64,000 nucleotides of DNA from Chthoniobacterales bacterium (GTDB lineage Bacteria; Verrucomicrobiota; Verrucomicrobiia; Chthoniobacterales; JACTMZ01), in NCBI GenBank assembly GCA_044343805.1, contig JBIJDZ010000003.1, positions 136-64,135 of the forward strand. The letters are read 5' to 3'. The notes under the pieces are model-generated. The model worked only from the letters and a program-made list of their open reading frames with translations. It searched no databases and was not told the origin of the DNA. Position numbers and translations under genes: made by a program. This document shows positions 1-7,552 of the stretch, piece after piece (the first letter of the stretch is position 1; every line of letters starts with the position of its first letter).

Positions 1-27
1 GCAACGCCAAGGCGAGCGCCACTGTGA

Positions 28-1545
28 TCAGATCGCGTCCAGAAACGCAGCAGCCGACTCACCGATGGCCTGTCGCTCCGCCGCAGTCTTTTTTGCCAGA
101 GTCTTGAGCGCCATGCCCACGCGCGGGTTTTTGGCGAAACGCCCGGCATGCCGTGCATAGAAGTCCCAATACAGATAATTGAAAGGGCACGCATCGCGGC
201 CGGTCTTCAACTCCCGCTTGTAGCGACACCCGGCGCAATAATTACTCATGCGAGAGATGTAGCCGGAGCCCGCCGCATAGGGCTTGGTCGCCATGAATCC
301 GCCATCCGCATGCAGCACCATGCCGAGCACGTTGGCTGCCATCACCCAGTCGTGGGCATCTACATACATTTCGAGATACCAACGCAAGGCTTCCTGCGGA
401 CGCACCCCCGCCAGCAACAAGAAGTTCCCCAACACCATGAGCCGCTGGATATGGTGGTTGAAACCCGTCGCGAGCACTTGCCGCAGGCATTGCCGCATAC
501 AGTTCAGGTCCGTCTCCGCCGTGTAGAAAAATTCCGGCAGCGGACGCCCGGCCCCGAGTCCGTTGACCTTCGCGTAGTCGGGCATCTTGAGCCAATAGAC
601 ACCGTTGACAAATTCGCGCCAGCCGGCGATCTGGCGCACGAAGCCCTCCACGCTGGCCAAAGGCGCCCGCCCGGAATGGTAGGCCTGGGTCGCCGCCTCG
701 ATGCATTCGCGCGGGGTAAGCAGGCCGAGATTGAGCATGGGTGAAAGCACCGAGTGGAAGAGAACGTCGTCGCCCTCGACCATCAAATCCTCCCACGGCC
801 CGAACTCCGGCAAGCGCCGCGCGATAAAATCCTCCAACCAAAGCAAGGCCCCGGCGCGGTCCACCGGCAGCCAGAACCCCTTCGTCGATCCCGGATGCTG
901 CGGAAACTCCATCTGCACCAACTGCATCACGTCGCGGGTGATTTTGTCGGGGGTCACGGGCTCGACAGCGGCCCGGGGGTGTCCCGCTTTCGTCCAGTCG
1001 CGGAATGTTAGGCGGTTTTCCTCGTCGAAATTCCAGCGCCCTCCCACCGGTTGACCATCGGGCTGCATGAGGAAGCCGAACTCCGTGCGGACCCGGCGGT
1101 AATGCGTTTCCATCAAGAGCGATTTCTTGCCCTTGGCCCAAGCGAGGAAATCCTCCCTCGGCACGAGAAACTGCCGCGTCGGCATGATTTGCAGCGGAAA
1201 ATTCCGGGCCAACTTCTCCGCCGCCTCGTGCTCGTCGTAATTGTTCGGTTGCGTGAGCAGGATTTTCTCCGGTCCGTATTTCTGCACATGCGCGGTCAAC
1301 GCCCGTTCCCACGTCATCCCCGCCCCCAACCGGTGGTAATCCACCGTCCATCCGCCCGCTTCGCACTCCGCGGCGAAATGCCGCTGGGCCGATAAAAGCA
1401 AAACCAGCCTCTGTTGGTGATACCGCAACTTGCGCAGACCAAGATCACTCTCGATAAAAAGCAGCACATCGCCCCGGCGCGCCTCCGCCCACGCCGCATT
1501 ATCGGGCCCCAGTTGATCACCCAGAATCCAGATCGTCCGCGGCAT
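28..1545 (-). CDS. FeS-BCP type cryptochrome/photolyase ((6-4) photolyase-like, PhrB/CryB clade)
   Basis: Track ORF 28..1572 begins with TTG; the first ATG at 1545 gives MPRTIWILGDQLG. FAD-domain strings GWREF, HIQRLMVLGN and DAHDWVM are present. The Cys pattern LNCMRQC / CAGC / ACPFNYLYWDF is typical of the 4Fe-4S-binding clade. Confidence 0.85.
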   Translation of the reverse strand: MPRTIWILGDQLGPDNAAWAEARRGDVLLFIESDLGLRKLRYHQQRLVLLLSAQRHFAAECEAGGWTVDYHRLGAGMTWERALTAHVQKYGPEKILLTQPNNYDEHEAAEKLARNFPLQIMPTRQFLVPREDFLAWAKGKKSLLMETHYRRVRTEFGFLMQPDGQPVGGRWNFDEENRLTFRDWTKAGHPRAAVEPVTPDKITRDVMQLVQMEFPQHPGSTKGFWLPVDRAGALLWLEDFIARRLPEFGPWEDLMVEGDDVLFHSVLSPMLNLGLLTPRECIEAATQAYHSGRAPLASVEGFVRQIAGWREFVNGVYWLKMPDYAKVNGLGAGRPLPEFFYTAETDLNCMRQCLRQVLATGFNHHIQRLMVLGNFLLLAGVRPQEALRWYLEMYVDAHDWVMAANVLGMVLHADGGFMATKPYAAGSGYISRMSNYCAGCRYKRELKTGRDACPFNYLYWDFYARHAGRFAKNPRVGMALKTLAKKTAAERQAIGESAAAFLDAI

Positions 1546-1629
1546 ACCTCGGAGCTTAGACAAGGCCTGCAAGCAGCAAAGCCTTTACTAGGACCCAGGA
1601 AATTGAACACTGCATTCCTTAACCGTCCC

Positions 1630-2862
1630 ATGCCTACTCAACTCCGCAACAAAGTCATCTTCCTCGCTTGTGTTTTCGCCTTCGTCGGCCTGGGCCTCGT
1701 CATTTACCGCGAGTGGGTGGTGCAAAAGCCTTTCGCCGTTATTCTCTTTGTCTCGGAAAATCTCTCGCCGTCCCAAGTTTCCGCCGCGCGTCTTTTCTCC
1801 GGGGGAGCCACCCAGCAACTCAAGATGGAGACGCTCCCCCGCATGGCCTTGGCCTCGGCACGGGCCGCCGACTATGCCGTCGCCGATGCACCCGCCGCCG
1901 CCACCGCCCTCGCGACCGGCCACACCGTGAACCGTGGTGCACTGCGTCTCACTCCCGAGGGACAAACCCTCGAAAGCATCTTCGACCTGGCGCGCCGCCA
2001 TGGACGCGCCACCGGCCTCGTCTCCAACACGCCGCTCACCGACCCCGCTCCGGCGGCCTTTTACGCCAGAGCCAGCGATGCACATGATGGGAATGCGTTG
2101 GCCATCCAATTGATGGAAGACGGCTCGCCCGACGTTTTGCTGGGCGGCGGATCACGTCAACTGCTGCCCGAGAGTCAAGGCGGCACGCGCCGCGATGGAC
2201 GCGACCTTTTGCTGGAGATGCGTCAGCGCGGCTTCGATATCGTCCGCTCCAAAGAAGAGCTGGACAACACTCCGAGCTGGCGCAGGCAGAAAGTGTTTGG
2301 CGTTTTTGCCGAGGGCGACCTCGCCTTTGTCGAGGAGCAGTCCCGCTATGCCTCCCAGCCCCGACTCGCCGATTTGGTGCGCCGCGGCATCGAGTTGCTG
2401 CAGTTCAACCGCAAGGGTTACTTGCTCGTGGTGCATGCGGGCCTCGCCGGCCGTGCCGCCGAAACCAGCCGAGGCGAAACCCTGCTGCGTGAAATCACCG
2501 AACTCGACCAAGCCGTGGACACCGCCCGTCGATACGCCGGTGAAAATGCTCTCATCGTGGTCAGCGGACTCTCCAACACCGGCGGTCTCCGCCTCAACAG
2601 TTTCTCCTTCGCTGCCGACCGTGGCATGGCCGTGCTTGGGCCCAGCTCAGCCGGGGTGGCCGCCCTCACTTGGTCTTCCGGACCCGGAGCACCCGTAACC
2701 GACCCCTCCAATGCCATCCTTGAGGTCGTCGCGGCGCCCAGCCAGCGACCGTTGCCCGTGGCCGAAGACTCCCTCGTCCTGGCCTCCGGCCCGGGAAGCG
2801 CATCGCTCGGCGGTTTTCTCGACCTGACCCAGCTCCACGCCCTCCTTGCCGGACAACTCTGA
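1630..2862 (+). CDS. Alkaline-phosphatase-superfamily protein, membrane-anchored, active site apparently degenerate
   Basis: Track ORF 1414..2862; ATG at 1630 gives MPTQLRNKVIFLACVFAFVGLGLVIY, a TM helix. PhoA-like segments ATGLVSNTPLTDPAPAAFYA and ADAPAAATALATG are present, with Ala at the nucleophile position. Confidence 0.7.
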   Translation: MPTQLRNKVIFLACVFAFVGLGLVIYREWVVQKPFAVILFVSENLSPSQVSAARLFSGGATQQLKMETLPRMALASARAADYAVADAPAAATALATGHTVNRGALRLTPEGQTLESIFDLARRHGRATGLVSNTPLTDPAPAAFYARASDAHDGNALAIQLMEDGSPDVLLGGGSRQLLPESQGGTRRDGRDLLLEMRQRGFDIVRSKEELDNTPSWRRQKVFGVFAEGDLAFVEEQSRYASQPRLADLVRRGIELLQFNRKGYLLVVHAGLAGRAAETSRGETLLREITELDQAVDTARRYAGENALIVVSGLSNTGGLRLNSFSFAADRGMAVLGPSSAGVAALTWSSGPGAPVTDPSNAILEVVAAPSQRPLPVAEDSLVLASGPGSASLGGFLDLTQLHALLAGQL

Positions 2863-2903
2863 CCGCGGTTCACTGAGCAAGCCCCCGTGGACTGCCTGTA
2901 AAC

Positions 2904-2988
2904 TACCGGCGGTGGGACTCGAACCCACACGGGACTTTCGTCCCAACGGATTTTAAGTCCGTTGCGTCTGCCATTTCGCCACGCCGGC
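2904..2988 (-). tRNA. tRNA-Leu (anticodon UAA)
   Basis: The reverse complement folds as a cloverleaf: acceptor GCCGGCG/CGCCGGU, anticodon arm ACGGA-CUUAAAA-UCCGU, long variable arm, T-arm GUGGG-UUCGAGU-CCCAC. Confidence 0.93.
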
Positions 2989-3051
2989 GCTGAGTAAACT
3001 CAAAGAATCGGACATGATCCGCTAAATCGCCATGCGAATCAGGCCCGCATA

Positions 3052-3519
3052 CTAATCAGCCGCCCGGTAGGTCTCCGGAAGATTGATCAATCCGTAAAGC
3101 GTTTCGAGATTGCGTCCATCCGGGCTGTCCGGTGCAAAAATTGTGTCCTGCGGACCCGCCACACTGAGCACATGGCCACCAGTTCGGATGACCTCGAAGC
3201 CATAAAGCGGCGGCTCCTCCGGATTTTGCCAAGCATCGAATTTATCTTCCGGAAAATAATACGCGGTCATGAAGATGGTTCGCGCGCCGCCGATCGGCTG
3301 GTAATACAATGTCGTGGCTGCCTGCGCGCCATCCTTCATCACCTGCTCACCGAAGGGCCCCTCGACGGGACCGGTGGACAAAAATGACGCCAGCGGCGCG
3401 GGCACACGCAGGGCGTAAGGCACGGGCACCAGCGAGACTTCGGCCAGTTCGGCAGGGACGCGACTGCAACCGACTTGGACACCGGCCAAGGCGCAAAAAA
3501 GCAACACGAGTTTTTTCAT
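3052..3519 (-). CDS. Hypothetical lipoprotein
   Basis: ATG at 3519 gives MKKLVLLFCALAGVQVGCS, a signal peptide plus lipobox. No family recognised. Confidence 0.6.
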   Translation of the reverse strand: MKKLVLLFCALAGVQVGCSRVPAELAEVSLVPVPYALRVPAPLASFLSTGPVEGPFGEQVMKDGAQAATTLYYQPIGGARTIFMTAYYFPEDKFDAWQNPEEPPLYGFEVIRTGGHVLSVAGPQDTIFAPDSPDGRNLETLYGLINLPETYRAAD

Positions 3520-3532
3520 GACGCGGTGGGAT

Positions 3533-4126
3533 TTATTTGGAATCACGCACCAGCTGCGTCGCCGTGAAGGGCGCGACTTTGAAAGGCGCGTCGGTTTTGT
3601 CCTCGATCATCCGCAGCATGGAGCCCTCGATACGGAAGTAACACTTGGGCTTGCGGGTGGGCACACGGCTGTCGTCGAAGCTTCCCAAGAAGGACGATTT
3701 GCGGAGAAAAGTCAGCCCCATCAAATAAACCACCTCGCCCCGCTCCACTTGGTAAAGCCCCTCGATGCGCAGACCGCGAGAACCGTCCGCCGCCTGCCAG
3801 GTGGCGGTGAACGTGTTGCCAGGATGCAACTCATAGACCAACTCCGGCACCGACGGGTCACGGTAGGAACCGGCCACATTTTTCGGGTCGATCGGAGGAC
3901 CTGAAGTATCCGTCTCCGCCGGTGGCGCCACTTCCGGAGCCTCGATCACGAGTTCCGCCGATGCAGCCTCATCATCAGTCTTTTTCTCGGGGATTTCTTT
4001 GACTGCGGCCACAGGTTCCTCGGAGGGCTTTTGGTCGCAAGAAACCAAAAAAAGCGGCAGCAGGCAGGACAGGACGACGGATGAAGATCTTTTCACGGGC
4101 GCACTTAATAAACCGAACCACCCCAA
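3533..4126 (-). CDS. Hypothetical lipoprotein
   Basis: The ORF begins with TTG at 4126. An in-frame GTG at 4096 would give (M)KRSSSVVLSCLLPLFLVSC, a lipobox. The start is uncertain and there is no ATG option. An acidic linker is followed by a beta-rich C-terminal domain. Confidence 0.55.
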   Translation of the reverse strand: MGWFGLLSAPVKRSSSVVLSCLLPLFLVSCDQKPSEEPVAAVKEIPEKKTDDEAASAELVIEAPEVAPPAETDTSGPPIDPKNVAGSYRDPSVPELVYELHPGNTFTATWQAADGSRGLRIEGLYQVERGEVVYLMGLTFLRKSSFLGSFDDSRVPTRKPKCYFRIEGSMLRMIEDKTDAPFKVAPFTATQLVRDSK

Positions 4127-4140
4127 TTAGAAAAAGAAAA

Positions 4141-4213
4141 AGCGGGTGACGAGACTCGAACTCGCGACATCTTCCTTGGCAAGGAAGTGCTCTACCAACT
4201 GAGCTACACCCGC
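4141..4213 (-). tRNA. tRNA-Gly (anticodon GCC)
   Basis: The reverse complement is GCGGGTGTAGCTCAGTTGGTAGAGCACTTCCTTGCCAAGGAAG...TTCGAGTCTCGTCACCCGCT. The anticodon loop is TTGCCAA. Confidence 0.95.
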
Positions 4214-4251
4214 GGAGAGAGTGAGGAATATGCGAGAGAGCCGCGGAGCTG

Positions 4252-4602
4252 TCAATGCCGTTCGCGTCGCAAGCGCACGGCGACATGCCGGGTGTGGGGG
4301 AGGATGAATTTGCGAATTTCCAGATCGACCGCCTGCACCAAAGGAAACGCCAGCAAAACACCGCCCGCAAGGTTCTCCGCCAGGGTTTCGATGAGCCGGC
4401 ACTCGCTGCGGGCGCATTCGGCGTTTACCCAATCGGCCACCACGGCGTAGTCGGTCGTCCGACTCACCTCATCCCCGATCCCCCGAAAATCGGTCTCCAG
4501 CAGGAGATCCATCTCCAAGCGCTGCGGACGCGAGCGCTCCTCATCCGGAACACCGATGCGGGCAAAGGCCTCGAGACTTTTGATGATGATGCGGTCGCTC
4601 AT
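4252..4602 (-). CDS. folB: Dihydroneopterin aldolase
   Basis: 116 aa. MSDRIIIKSLEAFARIGVPDEERSRPQRLEMDL...TTDYAVVADWV is a FolB-like pattern. ATG start verified. Confidence 0.85.
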   Translation of the reverse strand: MSDRIIIKSLEAFARIGVPDEERSRPQRLEMDLLLETDFRGIGDEVSRTTDYAVVADWVNAECARSECRLIETLAENLAGGVLLAFPLVQAVDLEIRKFILPHTRHVAVRLRRERH

Positions 4603-5621
4603 ACGGCGAAAACTTTCCCCAGCAAGATCTGGGTGGGCAGGTTAAGTTCCAACGCGAGGGCCTCGTCCGGCAGCACCCAGCGGAATTCCTCGGCCTCCTC
4701 GTTGAGCACGACGCTGTCACTGTCGGCCTGGGCCGTGTAGTTGAGGAGGAGAAAATGCGCTGGACGATGAAACTCGCCGGAATCCACGCAATCTTGCACC
4801 ATCACAAAACGGATGTCGCGCAAAGCCAGCGCCGTTTCCTCTTTCACCTCACGCCGCAAGGCTTCCTCGGCGCTTTCACCACGTGCGATCTTTCCTCCGG
4901 GAATACCCCATTTGCCCCTCCACTTCCGCGTGCGGATCATGAGGACTCGGCCGCGATGAAAAATCAAGCAGCCTACGGTTGGTAGCGGGCGGGCGTAAAG
5001 GTCGTCGCCGAGCAGGCGGCGAAGCTCGTGCAACGAGGCCACCACAACATCAGGCTTGGCCGGCGTGAGTTTTTCGATGGAGTCGTAACCGGTGAGGACG
5101 GCGATACTCATCACGCCGCCGTGTCGGGCCGTCTCGATGTCGTGGATCATGTCGCCAACAAAAGCTGTCTCCTCCCGCCGGAGACCATGCACGGCCAGAA
5201 CTTCGCCGATCTTGGCGCGCTTGTCGCGGACACCGGCGTAGGCTTGTTCGAAATAATGCGCCACGCCGAGGCGCCCGGCCTGCACGTCAAAGTGCTCGGT
5301 TCGCACCGAGCTGAGAAGAAAAAGGCGCCGACCGCTCTCGCGGCAAAACTCCAGAAACTCGAACAGGCCGGGCAGTGGAGTGACGTCATCCTGAATCCCG
5401 ACAAAGTGGCGATGAAAAAGCTCCTCCAACTCATCGATCGGCACTGCGGGCAAAAACTCCTCGTAAAACTCGGTGAAGGGCAAACGGAAGTGGCGCCGGA
5501 ATTCCTCACGGTTCAAAGCGGGGCGTCCGTAGAGCCCGAGGACGTGATTGGTGGCCCGGATCACAGGCGGCATGTCATCCGCCAGCGTGCCGGACCAATC
5601 GAGCAGAAGATTGCGCAGCAT
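4599..5621 (-). CDS. HAD-superfamily hydrolase fused to a Nudix hydrolase
   Basis: ATG at 5621 (MLRNLLLDWSGTLADD). HAD motifs DWSGT, FLLSS and GDMIHD are present. The C-terminal Nudix box is GGKIARGESAEEALRREVKEETAL. The stop overlaps the folB start (ATGA). Confidence 0.85.
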   Translation of the reverse strand: MLRNLLLDWSGTLADDMPPVIRATNHVLGLYGRPALNREEFRRHFRLPFTEFYEEFLPAVPIDELEELFHRHFVGIQDDVTPLPGLFEFLEFCRESGRRLFLLSSVRTEHFDVQAGRLGVAHYFEQAYAGVRDKRAKIGEVLAVHGLRREETAFVGDMIHDIETARHGGVMSIAVLTGYDSIEKLTPAKPDVVVASLHELRRLLGDDLYARPLPTVGCLIFHRGRVLMIRTRKWRGKWGIPGGKIARGESAEEALRREVKEETALALRDIRFVMVQDCVDSGEFHRPAHFLLLNYTAQADSDSVVLNEEAEEFRWVLPDEALALELNLPTQILLGKVFAV

Positions 5622-5623
5622 GA

Positions 5624-5977
5624 TCAGTTGAAAAATTTCACCTCGCGGATTTTGTCCGCGCCGAATTTTTCCCCGAGCTTTACCGCAATCTCCGCCTTCC
5701 ACATGCGCTCCAACTCGAAGCGGACGCTCGATTGGTGCACCCGCACATAGAGAATACCGCCCCGGAGGCGATCCGGAACGGATTGCGCGGCGATGAATGG
5801 GCCGACGATCTCCGACCAGGAGCAGCGGATCGCGTTCTCATCCATCGCCTGTCCCAACCCCAGCTTGGGCAGCAGACCACGTAAGGCCTCGGAAAAACCC
5901 GAGAGCCGTTGGCTGGTATCGCGAGGCTCGCGGTAACGGCGCCACTCAGCCAAGACGGTGTCGGCCCAGCGGTTCAT
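5624..5977 (-). CDS. DUF721 / DciA-like protein
   Basis: 117 aa. ...WSEIVGPFIAAQSVPDRLRGGILYVRVHQSSVRFELERMWKAEIAVKLGEKFG..IREVKF is a DUF721-like pattern. Confidence 0.7.
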   Translation of the reverse strand: MNRWADTVLAEWRRYREPRDTSQRLSGFSEALRGLLPKLGLGQAMDENAIRCSWSEIVGPFIAAQSVPDRLRGGILYVRVHQSSVRFELERMWKAEIAVKLGEKFGADKIREVKFFN

Positions 5978-6031
5978 GCAATGCGTAGAGGGCCGCAGCA
6001 GATCATCTGGCGCGGCGTTGAAAGATTGACG

Positions 6032-6265
6032 CTATGCGCCGTTGTCGCCGATGGCTTCGACCGGGCAACCTTCCATGGCTTCTTGGCACTTGGCCTGCTC
6101 CTCCGGGGTGGCCGGCTGTTTGTAAACGTAAGAGTAGCCCCCATCATCGTGGCGGGTGAAGTTATCCGGTGCCGTCTCGCGGCAGAGGTCGCAGTCGATG
6201 CATTGGTCGTCCACGTAGAATTTACCGGGAACGTTTTCGGGATATTTATTTTCGATTTCGGCCAT
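6032..6265 (-). CDS. Small single-cluster ferredoxin
   Basis: 77 aa from ATG 6265: MAEIENKYPENVPGKFYVDDQCIDCDLCRETAP...EGCPVEAI, with a CxxCxxC...CP motif. The longer track ORF 6032..6652 is an upstream extension. Confidence 0.85.
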   Translation of the reverse strand: MAEIENKYPENVPGKFYVDDQCIDCDLCRETAPDNFTRHDDGGYSYVYKQPATPEEQAKCQEAMEGCPVEAIGDNGA

Positions 6266-6298
6266 GACTTGGATAATTCGAACGGAGAAGATAAAAAG

Positions 6299-7552
6299 AT
6301 GCCAGCATCCTGCCAAGTAAAAGCCGCGCCGGACTTTCCTGAGGTGGCCCGCTTCTTCGCTTGGCTGGGCTTGATCAGCTTCGGGGGCCCGGCCGGGCAG
6401 ATCGCCATCCTGAGGGAGGAGTTGGTCGATAAGCGGCAGTGGTTGAGCAGTCGGGAATTTTCGGCCGGACTCAACTATTGCCTGCTGTTGCCGGGGCCGG
6501 AGGCCCACCAACTGGTGATTTATACCGGTTGGAAGCTCCACGGCTTGCGCGGTGCGGTGGCTGCGGGCACCTTGTTTGTGCTGCCGGCGGCGCTGCTGCT
6601 GTGGGCGCTGGCATGGCTTTATGCCTGCTATGGTCAACTCGCGTGGGCGCAAACTTTATTCGGCGCGGTCCGGCCGGCCGTGCTGGCGATTATCATAGCT
6701 GCACTGTGGCGCATGGGTCAGCTTCATCTCAGGGACACGCGTTCCCGGTTGCTGGCGCTGGGAGCGTTCTCCGCGATGTTTTTGTTCGATGTCGCTTTTC
6801 CTTGGATCATCGCGACGGCCCTCGGACTTGGAGCAGTGAAACACCTCACCACGCCGCCCTCCCCGCCCGCCGACCTTGCGGAAACCTTGCCCGCGCGGAA
6901 GCGGCCCTGGTGGTGGTTGATGGTCGGAGTAATGCTGTGGGCGCTGCCGGTGGGGCTGGCAGCAGTGTTGTGCGGGACGGGCCATATCTTGACGGTGCTG
7001 GGGCTGTTTTTCAGCAAGACCGCTGTGCTGACTTTCGGCGGAGCGTACGCCGTGCTCCCCTACGTCGCCGACCACGCGGTGAACCAAGCCGGATGGATCT
7101 CCTCGACGACGATGCAAGACGGGCTCGCTCTGGCTGAGACCACACCCGGACCGCTGATCATCGTGCTGCAATTTGTCGGCTTTCTTGCCGGATGGAACCA
7201 ACCCGCGCCACTCGCCCCGCTCGCCATGGCCACGTTGGGTGCGGCGATCACCACTTGGGTGACCTTTCTGCCGGGCTTTCTCTTGATCCTCGCTGGCGCG
7301 CCTTACGTGGAACGATTGTCGCACAGCGGGCGTGCCCGGACGATTCTGGGCACCCTGTCGGCAACCGTCATCGGGGTTGTTGCCAATCTGGCAGCATGGT
7401 TTGCGGGAGGGGTGTTCGCCTATGGTCAACCATGGCTGCTGCCCGGCGTGATGGCCGTGATTGCCCTGTGGCTATTGGTCGGGCGGCGTTGGTCTGTGCC
7501 GGCGGTGATCACCGTGGCGCTCGCGGTCGGCGTGGCTCGAATGATTATTTGA
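6299..7552 (+). CDS. chrA: Chromate ion transporter (CHR family), two-domain form
   Basis: ATG at 6299, preceded by GGAGAAG. FAWLGLISFGGPAGQIAILREELV... and a second repeat TFGGAYAVLPYVADHAV are present. The protein is polytopic. Confidence 0.85.
   Translation: MPASCQVKAAPDFPEVARFFAWLGLISFGGPAGQIAILREELVDKRQWLSSREFSAGLNYCLLLPGPEAHQLVIYTGWKLHGLRGAVAAGTLFVLPAALLLWALAWLYACYGQLAWAQTLFGAVRPAVLAIIIAALWRMGQLHLRDTRSRLLALGAFSAMFLFDVAFPWIIATALGLGAVKHLTTPPSPPADLAETLPARKRPWWWLMVGVMLWALPVGLAAVLCGTGHILTVLGLFFSKTAVLTFGGAYAVLPYVADHAVNQAGWISSTTMQDGLALAETTPGPLIIVLQFVGFLAGWNQPAPLAPLAMATLGAAITTWVTFLPGFLLILAGAPYVERLSHSGRARTILGTLSATVIGVVANLAAWFAGGVFAYGQPWLLPGVMAVIALWLLVGRRWSVPAVITVALAVGVARMII

Noticed and set aside
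5909-6298. Long N-terminal extensions of track ORFs: 5909-6298 for chrA, 38114-38338 for the lipase, 42762-43190 for the HAD gene, 34019-34303 for MEKHLA, and 1414-1629 for the AP-like gene.
   Set aside because: The extensions overlap well-supported neighbouring genes and encode Arg/Pro/Gly-rich nonsense. Downstream starts yield proper signal peptides, TM helices or family N-termini, often with 4-nt stop/start overlaps.
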